A stretch of 64,000 nucleotides of DNA, from the NCBI GenBank assembly GCA_964594835.1, contig CAZQNA010000002.1, forward strand, positions 177,800 to 241,799, read 5' to 3'. The DNA is from an uncultured Nitrososphaerota archaeon. Its GTDB lineage: Archaea; Korarchaeota; Korarchaeia; Korarchaeales; Korarchaeaceae. The notes beneath the pieces were generated by a model, which made no database searches, had not been told where the DNA came from, and saw only the letters and a list, made by a program, of their open reading frames with translations. Of the stretch, positions 28,292 to 37,882 are shown in pieces (within the stretch, counting starts at the first letter, position 1; each line of letters begins with the position of its first letter). Made by a program: the position numbers and the translations under genes.

Positions 28292-29695
28292 TCAGAGGTC
28301 GAAGTTCCCGGGGTTCATGATGTTGTTTGGGTCGAGTATCCTCTTGATCTCCCTCAGCAGGTCCAGGTAGTGCTCCGCCCCCCTGGCCCTCAGCTCCCTC
28401 CTCAGGGCCTCGGTCTTCTGGATCCCTATCCCGTGCTCTCCGCTCACGGCACCCCCGAGCTCTATGGCCACGTCGCATATCTCCTCCGCCAGCCGCCTGG
28501 CCCTCCGGACCTGGTCCTCGTCGTCCGGGTCGTAGCAGATGGTTGGGTGCACGTTCCCGTCCCCCGCGTGGCCGAACGTGGGCAGCGGGAGGCCGTACCT
28601 CCTCGCGAGCTCGTCGATCCTCCTGAGGGCCTCTGGGAACCTCGACAGCGGGACCGTGATGTCCTCAATCTCGACGGCCTTGTACAGCCTCGTCAACGAG
28701 GCGTAGGCCATCTTCCTGGCCAGGTAGAGGCGCTCCATCTCCTCCGGGTCGTCGCTCAGCGTGACCTCCCCTCCAGCGCGCCTCATGCACTCGGCCACGG
28801 CCTCGGCCAGCCTGGAGATGGCCTCCCCGGGCCCGTCCACGTCCGCAATGAGCATGGCCCCCTCCTGCGGGAGGTCGATCCCGGTGGCCCTGGAGACGGC
28901 CCTGAGCGTCTCCGCGTTCATGATCTCCAGGCCCAGCGGGAGGATCCCGCTCGCCCTGATGTCAGCCGCCGCCTTGCCTGCCGACTCCATGTCCGGAAAG
29001 ACTCCGACGACCCTGACGACCCTCTCGGGGGCCGGGATGACCTTGAACCAGGCCCTCGTTATCACCCCCAGCCAGCCCTCCGACCCCACGAAGAGGCCGG
29101 TCAGGTCGGGGCCCCACCTCCACTTCAGGGTGGGCTCACCGACCCTGAGCACCCTGCCGCCCGGCAGGACGACCTCCAGGGCCAGGAGCCAGTTCTTCAT
29201 CACGCCGTACTTCGCCCCCCTTATCCCCCCGGCGTTCTCAGCGAGCGCACCGCCGACCGTGGCCACCTTGGAGCTTGCCGGGTCCGGGGGGAACATCAGG
29301 CCGTGCCTCCTGCACTCCTCGTCGACCTTCTGCACCGTGGCCCCCGCCTCGGCCATCACCACCATGTCCTCCGGGTAGACCTCCACCCGGCTCATGGGGA
29401 GGAGGTCTATCATGATCCCTCCCCTCTTGGCGACCACGGCCCCCGTGAGGCAGCTGGCGGAGCCCCTGGGCACGACCGGCACCGCGTACCTGTCGGCCAC
29501 CTCGAGCACGGCCGCCACGTCCTCGGTGGAGCTCACCCTGACGACGGCCCACGGAACCCCCTCGAACCTCTTGCTGGCGTCTATGGAGTAGGGGATCAGG
29601 TCCTCGGGGTCGGTGAGGACCTTCTCCCTCCCCACCCTCCGGGAAATCTCTTCCAGCGCCGCCCGGAAGGACTCGCCCCCCTGCTCTACCGACAT
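28292..29695 (-). CDS. FAD-linked 2-hydroxyacid oxidoreductase (GlcD / D-lactate dehydrogenase family)
   Basis: FPPDPAS, ENAGG...KYG, GSEGWLG, FGHAGDGNVH, SGEHGIG and DPNNIMNPG motifs. Confidence 0.93.
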   Translation of the reverse strand: MSVEQGGESFRAALEEISRRVGREKVLTDPEDLIPYSIDASKRFEGVPWAVVRVSSTEDVAAVLEVADRYAVPVVPRGSASCLTGAVVAKRGGIMIDLLPMSRVEVYPEDMVVMAEAGATVQKVDEECRRHGLMFPPDPASSKVATVGGALAENAGGIRGAKYGVMKNWLLALEVVLPGGRVLRVGEPTLKWRWGPDLTGLFVGSEGWLGVITRAWFKVIPAPERVVRVVGVFPDMESAGKAAADIRASGILPLGLEIMNAETLRAVSRATGIDLPQEGAMLIADVDGPGEAISRLAEAVAECMRRAGGEVTLSDDPEEMERLYLARKMAYASLTRLYKAVEIEDITVPLSRFPEALRRIDELARRYGLPLPTFGHAGDGNVHPTICYDPDDEDQVRRARRLAEEICDVAIELGGAVSGEHGIGIQKTEALRRELRARGAEHYLDLLREIKRILDPNNIMNPGNFDL

Positions 29696-29702
29696 TCCAG
29701 TC

Positions 29703-31097
29703 TCACCTCCCGCCCGAGTTCCCCGACGGGACCGATATCCGATCCCGGCTCACGAGGCCCATCTTGATGGCCAGGGCCCTACCGTAGATTATCATGTCGG
29801 GGACGGGCAGGCCAGCCGGGCAGGCCAGCTCGCAGGCCCCGCACAGGACGCACGTGTAGAGCCTGTCGAGGACCTCTCCGGGTCTCAGGTCGCGCCCCTC
29901 GACCATCGCCCGGATCAGCGTAACCCTCCCCCTGGCGCTCCTGCTCTCCAGGCCGTCCAGCACCTGGGCAGTGGAGCAGGTCGGGTTGCAGAACCCGCAC
30001 CTCACGCACCTGCTCGCCAGCTCCGCCAGCGTCTGGGTCAGGCCCTCCACGGAGAGCCCCTTGGGCCTGGTCAGCCTCAGGGGTTTCCTCGCCCCCCTCC
30101 AGGTCACCTCCCTGGGCTCCCCCGCTCTCGCGGACCTGAGGGCGTCGTGGACGAGGTCCACCAGGTCCCCGAAGAGCATGTTCACGCCCGCGGAGCGGAG
30201 GGTCAGGAGGCACGCGGGGCAGGAGGTCAGGGCCAGCTCCGCCCCCGTGTCCCGCAGCTCCTCCCCCCTGGCCCGGGCCAGCCTCCTGGCGATCTCCGGC
30301 TGGACCAGCTCGAGCCCCCCGTCCCCCGAGCACCCCGTGTTGACGCCCCGCCTCCTGGGCTCCACCAGCTCCAGGCCGGGGATCTCTGTCAGGAGGAATC
30401 TCGGCTGGTCGACTATCCCCATGATCCTGCTCTGAACGCACGGGTCGTGGTACGTGACCTGCATGACCCACCTGGAGACCGGGCCCAGGCGGATCCCCTC
30501 GGAGGCGACCCTGTCGGCCACGGCCTCGACCCAGGTGAGGGCCTCCACGTCCCACCCGTCCACGAACTCGGGGTAGTGCTTGCGGAAGAAGAGGGCGGCC
30601 ACCGGGTCCGGGGTCACGACCGTCCTCACCCCGGCCTCCCGGAACCTCCTCCAGACCTCCCTGGCGTGCTCCGCAAACTCGTCCAGCAGGCCGTAGGTGT
30701 GCAGGACGGCTCCGAAAGACGGCTCCCGCTCCCTCATCAGGGCCGGCCTGATCCCCAGCCTGGTGAGGGACTCGACCGCCCTCCTGAGGGTCCCCTGGTA
30801 CCTGGAGTTCGCCCGCCTCCCCAGTAGCCTGAGCGCGACCGGGAGGACGCCGAGCCTCATCAGCGCCCCCCCGAGGGAGGCCAGCCTCCTGGTGCTCAGG
30901 GGGGACCTCGTGAGCCTGAGCAGTATCTCGGCGTACCCCATGATCGGGTAGAAGTCGCCGGCGTAGAACAGGAGGTCCCCCCTGGAGGGGAGGTCCAGCC
31001 CCCTGGTCCATGCCGAGCGGGTCCCGGGGCCCAGGCCGAGCGGGTCCCCGCCCCTGGCGAGGCCCCCCCTCGTGAGTTCCACCTCGGGAGGTATCAT
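29703..31097 (-). CDS. Fe-S oxidoreductase subunit (GlcF/HdrD-like): CCG domains with a C-terminal 2x[4Fe-4S] domain
   Basis: YHDPC, GCSGDGG and TSCPAC; C-terminal CVRCGFCNPTC and CVLCGACELACP; co-oriented with the glcD-like gene. Confidence 0.88.
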   Translation of the reverse strand: MIPPEVELTRGGLARGGDPLGLGPGTRSAWTRGLDLPSRGDLLFYAGDFYPIMGYAEILLRLTRSPLSTRRLASLGGALMRLGVLPVALRLLGRRANSRYQGTLRRAVESLTRLGIRPALMREREPSFGAVLHTYGLLDEFAEHAREVWRRFREAGVRTVVTPDPVAALFFRKHYPEFVDGWDVEALTWVEAVADRVASEGIRLGPVSRWVMQVTYHDPCVQSRIMGIVDQPRFLLTEIPGLELVEPRRRGVNTGCSGDGGLELVQPEIARRLARARGEELRDTGAELALTSCPACLLTLRSAGVNMLFGDLVDLVHDALRSARAGEPREVTWRGARKPLRLTRPKGLSVEGLTQTLAELASRCVRCGFCNPTCSTAQVLDGLESRSARGRVTLIRAMVEGRDLRPGEVLDRLYTCVLCGACELACPAGLPVPDMIIYGRALAIKMGLVSRDRISVPSGNSGGR

Positions 31098-31160
31098 CGC
31101 GGCCGGCGGCCTGATGAAGGCTAAAAACCCACCGAGGGGTCCACTCGGCGGAGGGATCCC

Positions 31161-33002
31161 TCAGACGGCCCACGCGCTGTGCTTGAACACTATCACCCTC
31201 AGCACGTCGGCCGCGTCCTCGGCCACGTCGGCCGCGTACTCGAGGAACTGAACTAGCTCCCTCAGGTTCAGGAGGGTGAGGACGTCGACCCGCCCGGCCG
31301 CCTCCTCCAGCTCGTGGAGGGCCCTCTGGTGGAGGGAGTCCAGCTCGCTCTCCACGTCCCCCACCTCGTCTATGAGGGGCAGCGCCCCCTCTATCTCCAC
31401 CCCCAGCAGCTCCAGGGCCCTCGCCAGGACCTCGACCTCCCTCTCAAGCCCGGCGGCGAACTGGAGCAGAGTCGCGCGAAGCTCATCCGGCACCTCGCCC
31501 GGCTCGACCAGGAGGAGCCTCCTGGAGGACCCCAGCGCGTAGGCCGCCACCTTCTCCATCCTGTTGGTGAGCCTGGCGAAGTCCGCCTTGTCCTGGCCGC
31601 TCAGGGCGCTCAGCCAGAGGGTCCTGTCAATGGCCACCCGGAGCGCGTCCGCCTCGTCCTCCAGCCCCTTGATCTCCGAGGCCAGCCTCCTGACGCCGTC
31701 GACGTCACCCCTGGCGTGGGCCTCAAGGGACTCCCTGAGCAGCCGGACCATCTCCAGGACCTTCCTGGAGTGCCTCACGGTCTCCGGATAGGCGGGCCAG
31801 AACGGCCGGGTCTCCTTGATCCCCACGGCGAACGCGAGGATCCCCACGCCCAGGAGGGCAGCCGTGAGCGCGAACGCGTATTCGAGCCCCAGGGAGCTCA
31901 CGAGCCCCAGGGCCAGGGCCCCGGTGAGGTATCCGTAGTCCCTGATCGCCCTGTAGAGCCCGAGCGCCCTCCCCCTCACCGCCGAGGGCACCACGTCCGT
32001 GGATATCGCGGGCATTATGGGGTAGTAGAGCCCCACCCCAAGGCCTATCACGGCGGCCGAGGCCACGGACTCCGCGGGTCCCCCTCCGAGGTAGACCCCT
32101 ACGATCCCCAGGGCCTTTAGGGCCAGGCCAACCGCCGACGGGAGCCTCCTGCCCAGCCTGTCGGAGATCCTCCCGGTGAGCGGCATGGAGGCCGCCCATG
32201 CCAGGGTCGCGGCCCCCTGGACCCAGCCCACCTCGTGCTCGGGGAATCCCCTGCCGACGAGGTACAGGGGGAAGGCCCCCCAGATCAGGGTGTCCGAGAA
32301 GTTTGCCAGGTGGCCGAGGAAGTAGACCACCCTGAGCGTCCAGCTCCTCAGGCACCTCCTGTACACCTCCCTCGAGGGCATGTCCCTCCCCATCACCCTC
32401 CGGGGGACCTCCCTCGCCAGGCCCCTGGTCTCCCTGGCCGCAGCTGCGGCGACCGAGAAGGCCAGGGCCGCAGAGGCCACCGAGACGACGAAAGCCTCCC
32501 TGTATCCCCTCATCCCGGCGACGTATCCCGCCAGCACCGACCCGACCCCGTACCCCCCGTAGACGGCGGACTCCATCAGCCCGAATCCGAACGCCTGCCT
32601 CGTCCCGCCCACGTCGGAGAGGGCTATCATGGCGGCCGAGAGGGTGAGCCCCTCCCCGGCCCCCACCAGCAGGTTGCCGGCCACGAGGGCCTCCAGGGTC
32701 CCGCCGAAGTAGATGGCGGAGGCGCCGGCGAGGTATATCGCGGAGCCCACGACGAGGCCGAGCCTCCTCCCGAACCTGTCGGAGAACCAGCCGCCGACCA
32801 GGTCGACGGTCCCCTTCAGGAGGCCGAAGCTCAGGATCGGCATGTAGGCCAGGAGGTAGGAGGCGGCCCCGGTCAGACTGGCTGTGTAGAGGGAGAGGAC
32901 CGATCTCTGCACGCCTGTGGCCGCGCCTATCGGCATGGCGGTCAGCAGGATTGCGGCTACGAGCCTCCTTCGCCCCAGTTCCGCCCCCACCGCCGATCCC
33001 AC
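31161..33002 (-). CDS. MFS transporter fused to a C-terminal DUF47 (PhoU-like) domain
   Basis: GWFSDRFGRR and GRISDRLGRR motif A, ~12 TM segments; tail contains IKGLEDEADALR, VESELDSL and LEYAADVAEDAAD. Start is approximate. Confidence 0.85.
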   Translation of the reverse strand: MGSAVGAELGRRRLVAAILLTAMPIGAATGVQRSVLSLYTASLTGAASYLLAYMPILSFGLLKGTVDLVGGWFSDRFGRRLGLVVGSAIYLAGASAIYFGGTLEALVAGNLLVGAGEGLTLSAAMIALSDVGGTRQAFGFGLMESAVYGGYGVGSVLAGYVAGMRGYREAFVVSVASAALAFSVAAAAARETRGLAREVPRRVMGRDMPSREVYRRCLRSWTLRVVYFLGHLANFSDTLIWGAFPLYLVGRGFPEHEVGWVQGAATLAWAASMPLTGRISDRLGRRLPSAVGLALKALGIVGVYLGGGPAESVASAAVIGLGVGLYYPIMPAISTDVVPSAVRGRALGLYRAIRDYGYLTGALALGLVSSLGLEYAFALTAALLGVGILAFAVGIKETRPFWPAYPETVRHSRKVLEMVRLLRESLEAHARGDVDGVRRLASEIKGLEDEADALRVAIDRTLWLSALSGQDKADFARLTNRMEKVAAYALGSSRRLLLVEPGEVPDELRATLLQFAAGLEREVEVLARALELLGVEIEGALPLIDEVGDVESELDSLHQRALHELEEAAGRVDVLTLLNLRELVQFLEYAADVAEDAADVLRVIVFKHSAWAV

Positions 33003-33048
33003 TCGCCGCCGGCCCGCGCCGTTATAATCATAACTTTCCATACTTTAC

Positions 33049-33834
33049 TTACTCGCCCGGCGAGCGGAGGGCCGAGAGGATGGCCTCGGAGGCGGCCTCC
33101 GAGGAGGAGAGGATCCTGTTGAGTCCCTCGTCGGGGCGCGCGCCCCTCCTCCCGCTGGACTCGACCACGACCGGCGGCAGGCCGGTCGGGACGACGACCC
33201 ACACCCTCTGGAAGATCGGCTCGACGGCCTCCAGCTCAAGGCTGCGGGCCTCCTCGCCCCAGGAGAGTCCAAAGAGGAGGTTGAAGGCCTCCCTCCTTCC
33301 CTTGAGCCCGGCCAGGTACCCCTTGAGCTCCCTGTCGGCCCTCGCCAGGGAAGGCGACCCGGGGAGGATGAGGCTCCTCTTCGCCTCCCTGCTGGCAGCC
33401 CTCAGCTTATCGGAGAGGTCGCCTATCTCGTCGTTCAGTTCCGAGACCCACCAGGAGATCTTCTCGCCGAGCCTCCTCAGGTCGCCACCGGAGGGCCGGA
33501 CGACTGGGGCCTCCCGCACCTCTGCGGGGGTTCGCCTCATCCCGAGGAGTCTCGGCTTGAACAGGGAGAGGGCCTGTCCCAGGTCATCCGGGTATGGGTG
33601 GAGCGCGGCGTTTACGGCCGTCAGGCCCGACCTCTCCGCGCCTCCCCTCGAGGCCACCCTGTACCGGGCCACGAGGTAGGGCATCAGGACCCTGCGCGCG
33701 GAGAGGACGCGCCCCCTCGGCACTCCCGCCGCCCGGAGCGCGGCGCGCTCGTCTGCCCACCTGTCCACGGCCTCTCTGGACCAGTCACCGGCGCCCGACT
33801 CACCTGCCTCCCGCGCCGGCACGGGTTCCCCCAC
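33049..33834 (-). CDS. Hypothetical protein
   Basis: 261-aa ORF packed between co-oriented genes; no recognised motif. Confidence 0.55.
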   Translation of the reverse strand: MGEPVPAREAGESGAGDWSREAVDRWADERAALRAAGVPRGRVLSARRVLMPYLVARYRVASRGGAERSGLTAVNAALHPYPDDLGQALSLFKPRLLGMRRTPAEVREAPVVRPSGGDLRRLGEKISWWVSELNDEIGDLSDKLRAASREAKRSLILPGSPSLARADRELKGYLAGLKGRREAFNLLFGLSWGEEARSLELEAVEPIFQRVWVVVPTGLPPVVVESSGRRGARPDEGLNRILSSSEAASEAILSALRSPGE

Positions 33835-34729
33835 CTCCGACCCTTTCCCTTCTCCCGGAGGATCTCCTCCTCAGCTCGTCCGCGGCGAGGGCGGCGCCGA
33901 CGACGGCCGCCACGGCTGTGGCCGCTGTGGGAACAGAGTCGAGAGACGGTCCCTCAGAGCCCGAAGCGGGCAGGAGATCCGAGAGTAGGACGACCCTGTA
34001 GCCCCCCTCCCGGAGCAGACGCATGTGGGCCCTGAACTCCCGCGCGCCCGTTGTGGCCTCGCCGCGCGGGTCCTCCCTGACGTGGTGATAGACGAGCACC
34101 ACAAGCTGGTCTGGGCCGGCCGAGTCCAGTATGTACCTGACGTCCTCGGCGCTCTCGTTCGTGATGGACCACCCGCATATCCGGAACCTGCCCTCCCCCT
34201 CCAGATCGCTGACGTTCGTGTAGACGGGGTCGAGTGTCCTCGCACCGCGGTACCCCGCCTCCTCGACGTACTCCGCCACCGTGTCGTTCCACTCACCGTA
34301 GGGGTAGACGAAGATCACGGGGGGAAGGCCCATCGTCCTGAGCCTCGCCATGGAGTCCTCCAGCTCCCTTCGGAGCGAGCGGGGACTCGCCTCCGTGAGG
34401 TTGGGGTGGGTGATAGAGTGGGAGGCGATCTCCATCCCCAGCCCCTCCAACTCCCTGAGCTCCGAGAGGCTCATCCTGGCCGCGGGGGTTCCCCTGTCCC
34501 AGCCTATCGTCTCCACCTGTATCGCGAACGTGGCGGGGATTCCGTACTCCACCAGGACGGGGAGGGCGTTCCGATACTGGTCGAGCCACCCGTCGTCGAA
34601 CATCACGGCCACCAGGGGCCCGCTGGACGCCCCGCCAGGCGATCCCACCTCCGCCACCGCCGTCGCCGGAGCCAGGATGACAGCGGCCCCGAGCCACGCC
34701 ATGACGACGGCCTTTCCTAATCCGAGCAC
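33800..34729 (-). CDS. Exported polysaccharide deacetylase (CE4/NodB) with a C-terminal hydrophobic segment
   Basis: Signal peptide; VMFDDGW, EIASHSITHPNL, FVYPYG and VLVYH motifs. Confidence 0.9.
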   Translation of the reverse strand: MLGLGKAVVMAWLGAAVILAPATAVAEVGSPGGASSGPLVAVMFDDGWLDQYRNALPVLVEYGIPATFAIQVETIGWDRGTPAARMSLSELRELEGLGMEIASHSITHPNLTEASPRSLRRELEDSMARLRTMGLPPVIFVYPYGEWNDTVAEYVEEAGYRGARTLDPVYTNVSDLEGEGRFRICGWSITNESAEDVRYILDSAGPDQLVVLVYHHVREDPRGEATTGAREFRAHMRLLREGGYRVVLLSDLLPASGSEGPSLDSVPTAATAVAAVVGAALAADELRRRSSGRRERVGGGGTRAGAGGR

Positions 34730-34824
34730 CTCTAGTCACCTGTCGCCCTCGGGTTAATAAAGCGCCGGTCAGCCGGCGCTCAAGGTTTTCTGTCGGACGC
34801 CCCCATGGGTCAAGCGATGCCCCG

Positions 34825-35325
34825 ATGGAGGACACGATGCGTATTGGGCGCGCCGCGTTGGCGGCCCTGGCCCTCGCGACGCTGGCGGCGACCTCTCACG
34901 CCCTCGCCTCGGCGGAGCCCGTGGCGTCCTGCGGCGGTGTGGTGATCGAGCTCTCCTCCCTCCAGCTCGTGAGGCCGGGAGACGAGGCGCTGGTCGTGCT
35001 CACGAACTACGGTTCGGAGGTCGTGAACGTCTCCGTGACAGTGTCCGGGGACCTTCAGCCCACGAGCTTCGAGGCGACCCTGATACCAGGTCAGCAGGTT
35101 GCCCGGGGCGTCCCCATAGAGCCCACCAAGGAGGCCGGGACGATCGAGATAGTCGCCACCCTCGTCACCCCGGACGGTGAGTGCGGCGTCAACCTCTCCG
35201 TTAAGGTGGCGAGGGGGATGTCCCTGATCAGGGCCGCGGCCTACGCGGCCGCCGTCCTGATACTCGCCCTGGCGGCCTACCTGGCGCTCTTCGCCCACAG
35301 GGGGCCAGTTCCCGGGGAGCCGTGA
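34825..35325 (+). CDS. Small exported protein with one Ig-like domain and a C-terminal TM anchor
   Basis: Signal peptide, beta-rich core, hydrophobic C-terminus. Confidence 0.7.
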   Translation: MEDTMRIGRAALAALALATLAATSHALASAEPVASCGGVVIELSSLQLVRPGDEALVVLTNYGSEVVNVSVTVSGDLQPTSFEATLIPGQQVARGVPIEPTKEAGTIEIVATLVTPDGECGVNLSVKVARGMSLIRAAAYAAAVLILALAAYLALFAHRGPVPGEP

Positions 35326-35364
35326 GGCAGGGACGATTCTGAGAGTCCGGCCGATCTGGCTCCG

Positions 35365-36612
35365 CTAGACTCCCCCGGCTGCCGAGACCAGGGCGGCCCA
35401 CGCCGCCCCCTCGTCCCCCGTCTTCAGGGCCCGTGTGGCCAGGTTCACGAGCCTGGCCACCTCCCACGCCTCGATCGCCGGTTTTAGGTCCTCCCAGGAA
35501 TCGACCCTCCAGGGAGCCGGCGCCTCTGGCCTGCCCTCCAGGTACCCGCGGGCCATCTCGGCCACGGCGGAGTCCACGGCCTCCCCCAGCTCGCGGAGCC
35601 CTCCCCTGAGGGCGGCCCTGGCGGCCTCAACCAAACCCCCGAGCTCGCGAGACGCCTCCAAGAACGCGGCGACCCTCAGGTCGGCCGAGGCTGCGCCAAG
35701 GTCGCTCAGGGGATGGCCGTCTGGCCCGCACGGGGAGGAGGGCCACTCTCCGCCCTGGAGGCTCATCGGAGAGGGCCCGTCCAAGGTCTGAGCCGTCAGG
35801 GTGGGGATGAATGACCCCACCGCCCCGCCGGGGGAGCCAGCCATGGTCACGACTACCCTGGCGGCGTTCTTCACGTGGCCCGCCGCGAGCCCGGCTAGCC
35901 TCCCCAGCAGGGGTTCCCGGGCCCCCGCGGCCAGGGCGGCCAGCTCTCCGTACCCCCTCATGATGGATTGGGCCAGCTCGGTGGCCCCCCTTTCCCCGAT
36001 GATCCCGCCCCCCGCCTCGGGTCCGTAGGCGGCAGTCTGCAGCTCCGCAAGCCTCCTGCCGATGCCCAGCGCCAGCCCGGCCGGCCTGCCCGAGTGGAGG
36101 GGCGAGATCCCGGCGAGGGCCAGCGCCAGCTCCCGGCCAAGGTACTCCACCCTCGAGAGCGCGTAGACGGCGAAGGCCGGCGCCGACCCTCTCCAGGCCA
36201 GCGAGACTGGCTTGGGAAGCCAGTCCAGCCGATCCGCCTCGCGAACGAGCTTGAGTTCCCTCATCGCCCAGTCGACTCGGCGGAAGCCTCTGATGACCAC
36301 CGAGCCGGCCGGGTGAGCGAGCAGGTGGACGGGCCCAAAGGGATCCACTAGCTTCTCCTCGAAGAACAGGTGCGTGGGGGGCTCACTCAGGGCCTCAAAC
36401 CTGTATCCCCGGAGAGATCCCTCTATTATCCCAGAAGCGAAGCTGGCCGCGAGCTCGGCCTCCTCCCCCTGACACGAGAGGGCCAAGTGGTAAACCTTCC
36501 CCTCCAGCCCGACAAGGACCCCCACGAACCCGTCGGCCGGGACCCACGAGTCCAGCGTTCGAGCGGAGGCCAGCTCTTCAGGCGGCGGGGACCAGGGTCT
36601 GCCCGCCATCAT
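35365..36612 (-). CDS. Degenerate maltokinase (Mak/Pep2)-like phosphotransferase-fold protein
   Basis: IGRRLAELQTA and HPLSDLGAASADLRVAA resemble Mak motifs LGxxxAxLH and SPLRDVAGMLRS; catalytic HGD/DFE motifs are not visible. Confidence 0.5.
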   Translation of the reverse strand: MMAGRPWSPPPEELASARTLDSWVPADGFVGVLVGLEGKVYHLALSCQGEEAELAASFASGIIEGSLRGYRFEALSEPPTHLFFEEKLVDPFGPVHLLAHPAGSVVIRGFRRVDWAMRELKLVREADRLDWLPKPVSLAWRGSAPAFAVYALSRVEYLGRELALALAGISPLHSGRPAGLALGIGRRLAELQTAAYGPEAGGGIIGERGATELAQSIMRGYGELAALAAGAREPLLGRLAGLAAGHVKNAARVVVTMAGSPGGAVGSFIPTLTAQTLDGPSPMSLQGGEWPSSPCGPDGHPLSDLGAASADLRVAAFLEASRELGGLVEAARAALRGGLRELGEAVDSAVAEMARGYLEGRPEAPAPWRVDSWEDLKPAIEAWEVARLVNLATRALKTGDEGAAWAALVSAAGGV

Positions 36613-37057
36613 GGCTATCGGTTCGCAGCTCACCCGCGACCCCCTCCGAGGGGGCTCATAACGTTGTCCCCGCCGACCCTCTCCCGAGACGCTCCAAACG
36701 TTTATGCCCTTCTGGGGAGAGGCTCGCTGGTCTCCCACGCTACGATGCTCGCGACCAACGCCCTCCTGGGGCAGGAGGGGCTGGAACTCCCCCTGGTGGC
36801 TCTATTTACCACTGGCTACATTCTAAGAAGCAGGAAGAGTAAGGCTGAACGTAACGCTCATAGAAAAATGGGGAGGCACTCTACCAAGTTGAAACCACAG
36901 TTAGGTTGGTCGCTGGGACTCCCATAAATAGCTGCGGTTCTCTATAGGGGCTGAGGGGCTGCTACCCTGTTTAGTGATCTGCTGTGTGTATATCCTAATG
37001 TTAAAGAGAGGTTGGAGAACCTTGCGACGAACTCCAAGAGTCTAAAAGTGATTGTTA

Positions 37058-37882
37058 TTAGTACGCGCGATTGAATGTCGGCTGGCCGAGCTTCGCCATT
37101 AGCTTAGCCTCGCTGCTGGCTTCCACAAAATTCTCAATCAGCTTGTCAAACTCTTTGGAGAGAACTTCATGCGTAGGACCTTGCTTTACGAGCCTTCCGG
37201 CGAGAAGCAGAGCGGCGTAGTCAGCCACCCTCCGCGCCTGTGACTGATCGTGTGTAACTATCACTACGGTCATGCCACGCTTGAGTTCTACTATGAGATC
37301 CTCGATCTTCTTGGCGCTGACGGGATCCAAGTTGGAGGTCGGCTCGTCCATGAGGAGAATCTTGGGCCTCATAGCCAAGGCCCTAGCTATGCAGAGCCTC
37401 TGCTGCTGTCCCCCGCTAAGGCTGGGGGCCGGGGCCTTTAGTCTGTCTCTGACCTCGTTCCACAGTGCGGCCTTCCTCAGGGCCCACTCTACGAGTTCAT
37501 CTAACTCTCGCCTTGATTTAACTAGCCCGTTGAGCCTAGGACCGATGGCTACGTTGTCATAGATTGAGAGGTGAGGGAAGGGGTTTGGTACCTGAAACAC
37601 CATGCCGATCATTCGGCTAATTGGGGACATGCTGACGTTTGGAGCATAGATGTTCCTTCCGAAGAGCTTGACAGTGCCCTTTACTCTGGCCTCCGGGTTC
37701 AACGTTATCAACTTGTTGAACGTGCGGAGTAGCGTGGATTTACCGCTGCCAGAGGGGCCCATAATGGCGAAGACTGCATTATGAGGTATGCGCAGATCCA
37801 CATTATCTATGGCTTTCAGGGAGCCGTAAAACACCGTTAGACCGTTCGTCTCGATCGAATATCTTGTTTCGGTCACCTTCAT
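37058..37882 (-). CDS. pstB: Phosphate ABC transporter ATPase
   Basis: GPSGSGKST, GMVFQVPNPFP, LSGGQQQRLCIARALA and LLMDEPTS. Confidence 0.95.
   Translation of the reverse strand: MKVTETRYSIETNGLTVFYGSLKAIDNVDLRIPHNAVFAIMGPSGSGKSTLLRTFNKLITLNPEARVKGTVKLFGRNIYAPNVSMSPISRMIGMVFQVPNPFPHLSIYDNVAIGPRLNGLVKSRRELDELVEWALRKAALWNEVRDRLKAPAPSLSGGQQQRLCIARALAMRPKILLMDEPTSNLDPVSAKKIEDLIVELKRGMTVVIVTHDQSQARRVADYAALLLAGRLVKQGPTHEVLSKEFDKLIENFVEASSEAKLMAKLGQPTFNRAY

Noticed and set aside
28370-29767. Long antisense and alternate-frame ORFs (also 46427..48208, 18402..20183, 42553..44064, 29779..31173, 9469..10950)
   Set aside because: They are shadow ORFs expected in high-GC coding DNA. They overlap well-supported genes and have low-complexity P/R/G/H composition without motifs.
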